Assembly: GCA_049967655.1 (NCBI GenBank)
Contig: JBMFSH010000045.1
Location: 1-17,604 of the forward strand
Reading direction: 5' to 3'
From: Acidobacteriota bacterium
GTDB taxonomy: Bacteria; Acidobacteriota; UBA4820; DSQY01
DNA: 17,604 nt
Part shown: piece after piece, positions 1-11,820 of the stretch
Position numbering within the stretch: position 1 is the stretch's first letter
How the letters are laid out: the number at the start of each line of letters is the position of its first letter
Made by a program: the position numbers and the translations under genes
The notes under the pieces: model-generated
The model's database searches: none
Told to the model about the DNA's origin: nothing
What the model saw: only the letters and a program-made list of their open reading frames with translations

Positions 1-1
1 G

Positions 2-178
2 TGGGTTCTCTTTTTCCTCTTGGCTTTGGGAGAGGCGACGGGGAACGCAGGGCTCAAAACCTTCACCGGATACGAGGGAATCTTCTGCGGCCTCTCAGCG
101 ATCTACGCCGGCCTTGCGCAGGTCCTCAACGAGGTCTATGGGCGAACCGTGTGGCCCCTGGGCCCTGTGAATAAGTAG
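2..178 (+). CDS. satP: Acetate uptake transporter, SatP/YaaH (GPR1/FUN34/YaaH) family, 5'-truncated at window edge
   Basis: Not in the ORF track. My translation of frame 2 is [61 protein letters not shown]. This matches the SatP C-terminal pattern (LFxLLAxG...GxxGxxCGxSAIY...VLNExxGRTVxPxG), and the gene lies directly upstream of acs. Confidence 0.9.
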   Translation, partial: WVLFFLLALGEATGNAGLKTFTGYEGIFCGLSAIYAGLAQVLNEVYGRTVWPLGPVNK

Positions 179-295
179 AAAGGAGAGGTGGTGCAAGGAC
201 CACGTCTTTTGGCATCCCACGGGAGCAAAAATGGATGGTTCCTAACCCACGGGGTTCCAGCGTAACCTCACGTCACCCGGCAAGGAGACCAGCGC

Positions 296-2338
<2,043 letters not shown>

Positions 2339-2391
2339 AGGCGGGTAATCATCGGCTCCTGGCACTTCCTCGTTAACCAGAGTTTGTTCCC

Positions 2392-2422
2392 GGCTCCCGG
2401 GGGGTGCGGCCCTCCGGGAGCC
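2392..2422 (+). terminator. Strong intercistronic hairpin between the two acs paralogs (weak terminator or mRNA-stabilising stem)
   Basis: GGCTCCCGGGGGG-TGCGG-CCCTCCGGGAGCC forms a 13-bp stem with one G-U pair, followed by TCTTCTC (a poor U-tract). Confidence 0.5.
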
Positions 2423-2449
2423 TCTTCTCATAACCCAAGGAGCTCGCCC

Positions 2450-4363
<1,914 letters not shown>

Positions 4364-4412
4364 GGCATCGGTGGCGAGACGAGAGCCGTCCCATCCAGGC
4401 GCCGGGACCAGG

Positions 4413-4460
4413 AGATGAGAAGGAGCGGAAACGGGTTCGCGGCCCGCACCTTTCTCATCT
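4413..4460 (+). terminator. Hairpin downstream of the acs operon, putative terminator
   Basis: AGATGAGAA (4413-4421) pairs with TTCTCATCT (4452-4460), with an inner GCGG/CCGC stem. It lies 50 nt after the stop. There is no clean U-tract. Confidence 0.45.
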
Positions 4461-4564
4461 GCCCGTCCGAGCGTCTCGACGTCGCGAGGGCGGTCGTTGT
4501 TGCCGGATTCTTGCGGAGATCACGGCTGTCCAAAATAATTTCAGCTTGCGATTGAGCAGTTGGG

Positions 4565-4671
4565 GCCGATGGGCCTCATGCCAGGAAAGCGAGGCGGCCG
4601 CACCGCAAGCGTACTGAATGTACGCTGAGGATGCGGACGCCGAAGCTTGACGCAGCAGGAGGTCCGTCGGC
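4565..4671. repeat. Long imperfect rod-like palindrome (REP/MITE-like element or structured ncRNA)
   Basis: Nested pairings GCCGATGGGCCTC/GAGGTCCGTCGGC, TGC/GCA, AAGC/GCTT, GGCG/CGCC, CCGCA/TGCGG and the apical AGCGTAC-TGAAT-GTACGCT. Confidence 0.6.
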
Positions 4672-4729
4672 GCCGGCGCACCCGTGGAGGGTGGGGGCCG
4701 GCCTTGTGCCTCCTTTCACGCATCGACGC

Positions 4730-4758
4730 TTGATCCAGGGCCCGCATGCGGGTATCTT
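4730..4758 (+). promoter_or_regulatory. Putative sigma70 promoter for the oxidoreductase gene, with a palindrome in the spacer
   Basis: TTGATC (4730-4735), 17-nt spacer, TATCTT (4753-4758). Perfect dyad CCCGCATGCGGG at 4741-4752. Confidence 0.5.
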
Positions 4759-4839
4759 GGGAGCCTGCTCCGGCCTCACTGAACGGGTTCATGGCACAGC
4801 GCACCATCGCACAGAGGCGGCGAGCATGGGAGGAAGAGC

Positions 4840-5814
4840 ATGAAGGCCATCGGCGTCCGACGTTTCGGTGAGCCCGGCGAACTCCAGAGCCTTGAGATGG
4901 CCAAGCCCAAGGCGGGGCCTGGCCAGATCGTGGTCAAGGTGTGGGCCTGCGGGCTCAACCCCGTGGATTACAAGGTGCGAAAGGGCATGGTGCCGCTCGG
5001 ATTCTCCTTTCCGCTGGTGCCGGGCTACGACATCTCGGGGACCGTTGAGGAGGTTGGCCCCGGCGTGGATGCCTTCGCCCCGGGAGACGAGGTCTACTAC
5101 AGCCCCGAACTTCTGCCACCCGGCGGTTACGCCGAGTACAATGCAACGGCGGCCGACATCGTCGCCCTGAAACCCGTGGGTCTCACCCACCTGGAGGCCG
5201 CCGCCGTGCCGCTGGCTGGCTGCACCGCCTGGCAGGGCCTCTTCGACCGGGCGGGAGTGGAACCCGGCGATGTGGTTCTGGTTCACGGAGGGGCGGGAGG
5301 CGTAGGGTCGCTGGCCGTCCAACTCGCCGCCTGGGCGGGAGCCGAGGTCCTGGCCACCGCCGGCGCGGACAACCTCGAATACGTGGAGGACCTCGGGGCC
5401 TCTCTGGTGGTGGATCACGCGGAAGAGGACTTCGTCGAGGCGGTGCTGGAGGCCACGCAGGGGCGCGGCGTGGACTGCGTTCTGGACTGCGTCGGGGGCG
5501 AGACCTTCCTGAGAAGCTTCCAGGTGCTGGCCGACGGGGCCAGCGTCGTCACGATGGTCCCTGAAAACCTCGGCGCCCTCCCCCTGGAAGGCATGGCCCA
5601 GGCCTACTTCAAGAACGCCGACGTCCATTTTCTCTTCATGCAGCGCCGCAGGGAGACCCTGGATAACTTGGCGCGGCTCCTGGAGCGCGGCTATATCGAG
5701 CCCCGCCTCGAAGAGGTCATCGCCTTCGACGCCGGGCGCCTGGCCGAGGCCCACCGCCGCCTGGAGACGGGGCACGGGCGGGGCAAACTCGTGGTCAGGG
5801 TGGCCGATGCGTGA
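4840..5814 (+). CDS. NADPH:quinone oxidoreductase-like protein, Zn-independent MDR (zeta-crystallin/QOR) family
   Basis: 324 aa. Motifs MKAI..RFG, GLNPVDYK, PLVPGYDISG, GGYAEY, AAAVPLAGCTAWQGL, VLVHGGAGGVG and GHGRGKLVV. It lacks the catalytic Zn GHE motif. SD GGAGG lies upstream. Confidence 0.9.
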   Translation: MKAIGVRRFGEPGELQSLEMAKPKAGPGQIVVKVWACGLNPVDYKVRKGMVPLGFSFPLVPGYDISGTVEEVGPGVDAFAPGDEVYYSPELLPPGGYAEYNATAADIVALKPVGLTHLEAAAVPLAGCTAWQGLFDRAGVEPGDVVLVHGGAGGVGSLAVQLAAWAGAEVLATAGADNLEYVEDLGASLVVDHAEEDFVEAVLEATQGRGVDCVLDCVGGETFLRSFQVLADGASVVTMVPENLGALPLEGMAQAYFKNADVHFLFMQRRRETLDNLARLLERGYIEPRLEEVIAFDAGRLAEAHRRLETGHGRGKLVVRVADA

Positions 5815-5820
5815 ACCGGT

Positions 5821-5868
5821 GAAGGCCGGAAGGCGGTCGTCGCTTCCCGGGACCCGCCGCCGGCCTTC
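5821..5868 (+). terminator. GC-rich hairpin after the oxidoreductase gene
   Basis: GAAGGCCGG (5821-5829) pairs with CCGGCCTTC (5860-5868), with inner GGCGG/CCGCC. It starts 7 nt after the stop codon. Confidence 0.45.
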
Positions 5869-5963
5869 GTCATCCCATGCCATGGGAATCAGGATTCTCG
5901 CCCTGACCGCCGAGGCCGCCATGTGGCCCCTCGCCACCTGACGGCCTCCCGAAGAGAATAGGT

Positions 5964-7202
5964 ATGGCCCCCATCGAGCCTACCGATCCACCAGCCGGTT
6001 CACCGCTTTCCTCCCGCTTACTGTCCGCCGCGACGTGGGACGTGGCCATCATCGGGGCCGGTCCTGCGGGATCCACCGCCGCCCTTCACCTGGCGAGAGC
6101 CGGCCGCCGGGTGCTCCTGCTGGACCGCAAGAGCTTCCCGAGAGAGAAGGTCTGCGGCGATGGCCTCATCCACGACACCATCGAGTGCATTAGGCGGGCG
6201 GGCCTTTACGACGAGCTGAAGGCCGCCGCCCATCCCCTCGATGGATTGCGCGTCTATGCGCCCAACGGGCTCTACGCCGATTTCTCCGGTGAGTTCTGGA
6301 CCCTCGAACGGCTTCGACTGGACCACCTCCTCCTATGGGGGGCCATGGCCGTGGGGGCCAGCTTCTTCCCCGGCGAGGTCACGGGCGTCAGCCAGGGCGA
6401 GGCGGGGGTGGAGGTGGCGCTGAGGGGGATCGCCGCCCCCGTCAAGGCCCGTTCGGCCCTCTTCGCCACGGGCGCGGACCTCTCCCTGCTCCGGCGGATG
6501 GGATTTACCGCCCCCTCCTCCCCCAGCGCCGTCGCCATGCGCTGCTACGTCCAGTCCGGGCTGGAGATCCGGCGGCTGGTGGTCTCCTTCGACGGCTCCT
6601 GCCTGCCGGGTTACGCCTGGATCTTTCCGCTCGGGCAGGGCCGGTACAACGTGGGTTGCGGCCTCTTCGGGCTGGCCCCCGGCGACGGGGTGCCCTCCCT
6701 CCAGGCCCTGTTCAATTCGTTTCAGGAGGGCTTTCCCCTGGCTCGCGAGCTTATGGCCAAGGGGGGGCGGCTCAGTCCGCTCAAGGGCTCTCCCCTCCGC
6801 TGCGGTCTTGAGGGCGTGCCTGGGCGCTGCCGGCCGGGGGCGAGGATCCTGGCCGCCGGCGAGGCCATCGGCACCACCTTCCCCTTCACCGGCGAGGGAA
6901 TTGGCAAGGCCATGGAGAGCGGCGAGCTGGCGGCGGGCCTGCTGGACGAAGCCCTCCGGAGCGACCGCTGGGAGGGGCTTTCGGACTATCCAGCCCTCCT
7001 GGAGAGGGAGCTGCGCCTCAAGTACCTCGGCTACCAGAAGGCGGAACGCTGGCTCTCCAAGCCCTGGGTCGCCAACTTGGTGGCCCGGCGGGCCATCCGG
7101 AGCTCCTTCCTTCGCGCGGCGCTGGAGGGCATTTTGAACGAGACGTCGGACCCCCGGCACGTCTTCTCGCCCGCGACGATCCTGCTCTCTTTTCTGCGCT
7201 GA
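5964..7202 (+). CDS. Geranylgeranyl reductase family FAD-dependent oxidoreductase
   Basis: 412 aa. Motifs DVAIIGAGPAG (Rossmann), FPREKVCGDGL, GYAWIFP, NVGCG and GEA.G...PFTGEGIGKAMESG. The exact start is uncertain because there is no clear SD. Confidence 0.85.
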   Translation: MAPIEPTDPPAGSPLSSRLLSAATWDVAIIGAGPAGSTAALHLARAGRRVLLLDRKSFPREKVCGDGLIHDTIECIRRAGLYDELKAAAHPLDGLRVYAPNGLYADFSGEFWTLERLRLDHLLLWGAMAVGASFFPGEVTGVSQGEAGVEVALRGIAAPVKARSALFATGADLSLLRRMGFTAPSSPSAVAMRCYVQSGLEIRRLVVSFDGSCLPGYAWIFPLGQGRYNVGCGLFGLAPGDGVPSLQALFNSFQEGFPLARELMAKGGRLSPLKGSPLRCGLEGVPGRCRPGARILAAGEAIGTTFPFTGEGIGKAMESGELAAGLLDEALRSDRWEGLSDYPALLERELRLKYLGYQKAERWLSKPWVANLVARRAIRSSFLRAALEGILNETSDPRHVFSPATILLSFLR

Positions 7203-7207
7203 CCCGC

Positions 7208-7225
7208 GGCCACTTCCCGGTGGCC
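7208..7225. terminator. Small hairpin between convergent genes
   Basis: GGCCAC-TTCCCG-GTGGCC lies in the 32-bp gap between the two stop codons. There are no U-tracts. Confidence 0.3.
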
Positions 7226-7234
7226 CGGTCGGGC

Positions 7235-8578
7235 TTACCGCCGCGATAGGATGAAATGGAGAATGAAGAGGCCGGCCAGCGTGTAGGTGACCGCGCTGTT
7301 CTCCCGGTGCCGGCCCGAGAGGAGTTTCACCAGCGCGTAGGAGGTGAAGCCGAAGGCCAGCCCCTGGGCGATGGAGTAGGTCAGCGGCATCATGAGCATG
7401 GTCAGAAAGGCGGGAACCGCCTCGGTGAAGTCGTCGAACCGGATGGAGCGGATGTCGGTGGTCATGAGGATCCCCACCACGATCAGCGCCGGCGCGGTGG
7501 CCTGGGGAGGAATGAGCCCCACCATGGGCGCGAACACCAGCGCCAGCAGGAAGAGGAGCGCCGTCACCACGGCCGTCAAGCCCGTCCGCCCGCCCTCGGC
7601 CACGCCCGCGGCGCTCTCCACGTAGCTCGTGACGGTGCTGGTTCCCATGAGCGCCCCGAACATGGTTCCCACGGAATCGGCCAGCAGCGCCCGCCCGATT
7701 CTCGGCAGGGAGCCCTTCTGGTCGAGCAGCCCCGCCTTTCGCGATACGCCGATGAGCGTGCCCACGTTGTCGAACAGGTCCACGAAGGTGAAGGAGAAGA
7801 GGATCGAGAAGAGACCCACCTTGAGAGCCGCCATCACGTCCATCTTGAATGCGGTGGCCTTGAGGGCCAGGAAGGGATTGGAGAGGGCCGCGAAGCTGGA
7901 AAGTCCGTGGGGCGCCGGCGAGACCCCGGCCAAGATGGCCACCGCGGCCGTGGCCAGTATGCCTAGCAGGAGACCGCCTCTGACCCTGCGCGCCATCAGG
8001 AACACGGTCAGGAGCAGCCCCGCAACGGCCACCAGGACGCCCGGCGATCGCATGTCGCCCAGCGCGACCAGGGTGGCGTCGTTCTTCACGATGATGCCGG
8101 CGTTGCGAAGGCCGATGAAGGCGATGAAGAGCCCTATGCCCACACTGATGGAGAGTCGAAGGACCTGCGGCACCCCCTCGATGATCCACTCCCTCACCCG
8201 CGTCACGGTCAGGAGAAAAAAGACCACCCCGGAGATGAAGACCGCCCCCAGGGCCGTCTGCCACGGCAGTCCCATGCCGATGCAGACGGTGTAGGTGAAG
8301 TAGGCGTTGAGCCCCATCCCCGGCGCCACGGCGATGGGGTAGTTGGCCAGGAGCCCCATGAGGAGGGTGGCGAAGGCGGAAGCCACGCAGGTCGCCGCGA
8401 AGGTAGCCTGCACCGGCATCCCGGCGTCCTTGAGGATGTTGGGATTGACGAAGAGGATGTAGGCCATGGTGACGAAGGTGGTCAGCCCGGCGAGGAGCTC
8501 CCTGCGAACGGTGGTCCCGTTTTCGGACAGCCGGAACAGCCGCTCCATCCACGCGAGTCCTGATCCACTCCCGGCCAT
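7235..8578 (-). CDS. NCS2-family (AzgA/PbuG-like) guanine/hypoxanthine/adenine permease
   Basis: Highly hydrophobic. Motifs ELLAGLTTFVTMAYILFVNP, APGMGLNAYF, DLFDNVGTL, TSYVESAAGVAEGGRTGL and MPLTYSIAQG. The start is placed at ATG 8578 with SD GAGGTG upstream (447 aa). Confidence 0.92.
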   Translation of the reverse strand: MAGSGSGLAWMERLFRLSENGTTVRRELLAGLTTFVTMAYILFVNPNILKDAGMPVQATFAATCVASAFATLLMGLLANYPIAVAPGMGLNAYFTYTVCIGMGLPWQTALGAVFISGVVFFLLTVTRVREWIIEGVPQVLRLSISVGIGLFIAFIGLRNAGIIVKNDATLVALGDMRSPGVLVAVAGLLLTVFLMARRVRGGLLLGILATAAVAILAGVSPAPHGLSSFAALSNPFLALKATAFKMDVMAALKVGLFSILFSFTFVDLFDNVGTLIGVSRKAGLLDQKGSLPRIGRALLADSVGTMFGALMGTSTVTSYVESAAGVAEGGRTGLTAVVTALLFLLALVFAPMVGLIPPQATAPALIVVGILMTTDIRSIRFDDFTEAVPAFLTMLMMPLTYSIAQGLAFGFTSYALVKLLSGRHRENSAVTYTLAGLFILHFILSRR

Positions 8579-8635
8579 ACGAGCACCTCGTGAGGAGCCA
8601 CAGCCTAGACGCAATACCGCGACCCTGAGCCCCGC

Positions 8636-9940
8636 TCAGCCGTTCCGATCGGACCTCCCCGGTGCCCGTGCCACGGCGGCCTCGACCCTGTTTCTGCCCC
8701 TCTGCTTGGCCGAATAGAGGGCGCCATCCGCGGCCCGGAAGAGCTCCTCGACCGTGCCGCGCCCACCGGGGACGACCGCGGCCACACCGAGGCTGATCGT
8801 CACGACGCCGCGTCCTTCCGCAAACCTGTGGGGTATCCCCAGCGTTTCGACCCTCCGGCGCATCTCCTCCGCCACCACCACGCCGGCGGCGAGGTCGGCC
8901 CCCGCGAGGACCGCCACGAACTCCTCTCCGCCGTACCGCGCGATGAAGTCACCCGCCCTTGAGAGCGTCTCGCTTAGAATCCTCGCCACCGAGCACAGCC
9001 ATTCGTCCCCGCGCTGGTGTCCGTAGGTGTCATTGAAATCCTTGAAGTGGTCGATGTCGGCCATTACAAGCGCCAGCGGGCTCCCGGCGCGGACCGCCCT
9101 GCGCAACTCGGAGTCCAGAACCTCCTCCAGCCTTCGCCGGTTAGCCACTCCCGTCAGCGCATCCTGATAGGAGAACCCTTCCAGCAGGGCGTTGACCGCC
9201 GACAGCCTGCCCGCTTGGTCCTTGAGTTGTGCGTTTGCCTGCTCGAGCTGGCGGGTCCGGTCGGCCACCAAGGCCACGAGCCGACGCTCACGCCGCTTGA
9301 GCTCGCCGACCCTCCAGAGGTAGGCCGCGTACCCCGCCATGAGGAGGCTCAGCAACGCGACGGCGTAAAACCAGCCCGTCTGGTAGAAATAAGGCTCCAT
9401 CACCACCTGCGCGGTGGCTCCCTGCTGGCTCCACACCCCGCCACCGGTGCTTGCCTTCACCCGGAAGGTGTAGGTGCCCGGAGGGAGCCGGGAGTAGTCC
9501 GCACTCCGCCTCCGCGTCACCTCCTTCCACTCCTTGTCCAGGCCGTCCAGGCGGTACCGGAAACGGACGCGCCTGGGGGAGATAAAGGTGAGGGCGGTGA
9601 AGCGGAACTCCAGCGACTCGGTGCCGGGGGCCAGGCGGACGGGGCGTCCCGGGTCGAGCGGCGTCCCATCGGCCGCAACCGACTCCAGAACCACGCGCGG
9701 GGGCCTCCCGCTATCCATCTCGGCCCCGGGATCAATGGCGGCCACGCCCCGCATGGTGGGGAACCATAAGGTGCCCGATCGCGTGACCGTGCCGGCCGGC
9801 TGGCACCCGCCCACGCATTCAGCGCTCCTGAGCCCATCCTCGCGGTTGTAGGTGGTGCAGGACACGGTGGGGCTCTTCCCCAGCAGAACGGCCTCTACCT
9901 GGCTTTTGGCTACGCGGAAGATTCCGCGGCTCGACCCCAT
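8636..9940 (-). CDS. C-terminal part of the split diguanylate cyclase (last propeller blades, Y_Y_Y domain, TM helix, GGDEF)
   Basis: Y_Y_Y-type FRYRLDGLDKEW...YSRLPPGTYTFRVKA, PYFYQTGWF followed by a TM segment, DALTGVANRR, DIDHFKDFNDTYGHQRGD, I-site RAGD, RYGGEEF and ALYSAKQRGRN. Confidence 0.7.
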   Translation of the reverse strand: MGSSRGIFRVAKSQVEAVLLGKSPTVSCTTYNREDGLRSAECVGGCQPAGTVTRSGTLWFPTMRGVAAIDPGAEMDSGRPPRVVLESVAADGTPLDPGRPVRLAPGTESLEFRFTALTFISPRRVRFRYRLDGLDKEWKEVTRRRSADYSRLPPGTYTFRVKASTGGGVWSQQGATAQVVMEPYFYQTGWFYAVALLSLLMAGYAAYLWRVGELKRRERRLVALVADRTRQLEQANAQLKDQAGRLSAVNALLEGFSYQDALTGVANRRRLEEVLDSELRRAVRAGSPLALVMADIDHFKDFNDTYGHQRGDEWLCSVARILSETLSRAGDFIARYGGEEFVAVLAGADLAAGVVVAEEMRRRVETLGIPHRFAEGRGVVTISLGVAAVVPGGRGTVEELFRAADGALYSAKQRGRNRVEAAVARAPGRSDRNG

Positions 9941-11716
9941 CTAGAAGTTGCCTTTCCGATCCTGAAGGATCCGGTAGATTACGTCGTCGGCCAGCCCTTG
10001 GCGCCGCGTGCAGGTCTGGAACTTCCCTCCCTCGAACCGCGCCAATCCGTTCCCATAGGTGCCGATCCAGAGCACGCCCGGCCTCTCTTCAAGGAAGCAG
10101 AGGCCGTTGATTTCCATGGACTTCAGCTTCCCGCCCACCAGGATCGAGGTCTTGCCTCGGGTGGCGATCCAGAGACGCCCATCGTGGTCCTCCAGGAGGC
10201 CGATGACGGTGTTGTTGGCCAGGCCGTCGCGAGTGGTGTAGGCGGTGAAGCGCCCGTCCAGAAAGCGGTCGAGTCCTCCCCCGTCGGTGCCCACCCACAG
10301 GGTTCCGTGACGATCCCTGAGGATGGAGAGGACGCGGTTGTTGGAGAGCCCGTCCCTCGTCGTGAAGGTGGTGAATCGCCCCTCCCGGTAGCGCGTCAGC
10401 CCTCCCCGCGAGCCGATCCAAAGGGTTCCGTCCGGATCCTGGTAGAGGGACCAGACCAGGTCATCGCCCAGCCCGTCCCGCTTCGTGAAAACCCTGAAGC
10501 GTCCGTCCCTGAAGAGGGCGAGGCCGTGGCTCGTGCCAACCCAGACCCCGCCCTCCAGGTCCTCCAGCGTGCACCAAGCCAGGTCTCCCGGAAGTCCTTC
10601 CTGCGAGCTGTAATTGGTCACGCTCGTGTTTCTCATCTGCTCGAGGGCCGTCAAGGTCCCAACCCACAGGCTCCCCTCGGCATCCTCCAGCAGGCAGGCC
10701 ACGATGTCGTTGCTCAGTCCTTCTTTCGTGGTGAAGCGGCTGGATCCGCTGGGTGACAAGCGATCCAGTCCCCCACCGTAGGTGCCGATCCAGAGGTTCC
10801 CCTTCCGGTCTTCGCGGATGCAGAGAACATAATCGGACGAGAGGCCGTCATGGGTGGTATAGACGGTTGGGGTGCCATTCCAGAGCCGGACGAGTCCAGC
10901 CCCGTACGTCCCAACCCAAAGGGCCCCGTCCCGGGCCGCCCATAGGCATGAGAGGAAGTTGCTCGGAAGCCCGTCGGCGGTCGTGAGAGCGGTGACGCTC
11001 CGGCCCTTCAGGCTCAGCAGCCCGCCCCCTTCGGTGGCCGCCCACAACGCCCCTGAGGCGTCCACCGCGATGGCCCTGACGGGGACGTGGGAGTGGCCCG
11101 CGGGTTCTGGGTGGCTGGCGAGGGAGCCGCTCTTCAGAGAGAGCAGCCGTCCTTTCGAGGTGCCGATCCAGAGGTGGTCCCGGCCGCCCTCGGCCAGGGC
11201 GGTGACGTGTTCATCCCCCTGGAACTCAGATCCGCGGACCCGCGAGAAGAGCCCGTTCCTGTAGTGGAGCAGGCCGCCCACCTGCGGGGCGACCCACAGT
11301 CCACCCTCCTGGTCTCGAAGCATGGCCAGGATGGCCGTGGAGGGGTATTCCTTCCCGGTGATCGGGTCACGCGTGGAGAAGCGGACGCCGTCGAAGCGCC
11401 CCAGCCCTCCCATGGTACCGACCCAGAGGTATCCGTCCTCGGTCTGCTGCACGCAGAGGATGCTGCTGGCGGGAAGCCCTTCCTCCACAGTCCAGACCAC
11501 GTGTCCATACTGAGTGACGGCCTTGTCGGGATCCAGGGCTTCGGAAGTCTGACCGACGCCCAGGGCCAGGCACAGAACAGCTCCGAGAGGGGCCCAGAAC
11601 CGCGCCGCCTTCTGCCAATGCCCGATCGAACGCCCGCTGCGCCCGCCTGCGATCCCCACCCGTCCCCCTTCGGCCGGGGCCAACCTGGAAGCTCCACGGG
11701 CGCCTGCCAACCGCAT
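9941..11716 (-). CDS. N-terminal part of the split diguanylate cyclase (signal peptide plus two-component-regulator propeller repeats)
   Basis: Hydrophobic signal region (FWAPLGAVLCLALGVGQTSEA|LDP) and many ~44-aa repeats of the form TTxDGLxxxxVxxxxEDxxGxLWxGTxxGL. The start codon is uncertain. Confidence 0.7.
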   Translation of the reverse strand: MRLAGARGASRLAPAEGGRVGIAGGRSGRSIGHWQKAARFWAPLGAVLCLALGVGQTSEALDPDKAVTQYGHVVWTVEEGLPASSILCVQQTEDGYLWVGTMGGLGRFDGVRFSTRDPITGKEYPSTAILAMLRDQEGGLWVAPQVGGLLHYRNGLFSRVRGSEFQGDEHVTALAEGGRDHLWIGTSKGRLLSLKSGSLASHPEPAGHSHVPVRAIAVDASGALWAATEGGGLLSLKGRSVTALTTADGLPSNFLSCLWAARDGALWVGTYGAGLVRLWNGTPTVYTTHDGLSSDYVLCIREDRKGNLWIGTYGGGLDRLSPSGSSRFTTKEGLSNDIVACLLEDAEGSLWVGTLTALEQMRNTSVTNYSSQEGLPGDLAWCTLEDLEGGVWVGTSHGLALFRDGRFRVFTKRDGLGDDLVWSLYQDPDGTLWIGSRGGLTRYREGRFTTFTTRDGLSNNRVLSILRDRHGTLWVGTDGGGLDRFLDGRFTAYTTRDGLANNTVIGLLEDHDGRLWIATRGKTSILVGGKLKSMEINGLCFLEERPGVLWIGTYGNGLARFEGGKFQTCTRRQGLADDVIYRILQDRKGNF

Positions 11717-11820
11717 CGGCCCACCGCGACGACTTCAAGCTGCCGCTCCCAAGGCCAGCCCCGTTCGTTGAAACTATTCTGGCATGGGCAAGGCGCTCAG
11801 TCCAGACGCGGCTTCGCCTC

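Larger units (their letters stand above)
8636..11716 (-). pseudogene. Membrane-anchored diguanylate cyclase (signal peptide, beta-propeller sensor repeats, Y_Y_Y, TM, coiled coil, GGDEF) interrupted by one in-frame TAG at 9941-9943
   Basis: ORFs 9941..11716 and 8636..9940 are in the same frame and abut. The junction LQDRKGNF*MGSSRGI aligns with the internal repeat REDRKGNLWIGTYGGGL, so the TAG replaces a Trp codon. The full product would be 1026 aa. Confidence 0.75.

Noticed and set aside
216..225. 10-mer CCCACGGGAG shared between the acs upstream region and the fadD leader (15089-15098, - strand)
   Set aside because: A GC-rich 10-mer match is expected by chance in this much intergenic DNA, and there is no further support.
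4580..4660. SRP (4.5S) RNA or 6S RNA call for the long hairpin
   Set aside because: It lacks the CAGG-NNN-GNRA-NNN-AGCA helix-8 geometry of SRP and the large central bubble and length of 6S.
4672..4712. Small hairpin GCCGGC-GCACCC/GGGTG-GGG-GCCGGC with a REP-like GTGGGGGCCGGCCTTGTGCC
   Set aside because: It is a single degenerate copy with no GTAG tetranucleotide and no RAYT transposase in the window.
8579..8635. Purine riboswitch upstream of the NCS2 permease
   Set aside because: The gap is only 57 bp and has no purine-aptamer consensus.
10056..11175. Three copies of AGGTGCCGATCCAGAG (near 10057, 10780 and 11158)
   Set aside because: They encode the LWIGT motif of the propeller repeats and are irregularly spaced. 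This is not a CRISPR array or mobile repeat.
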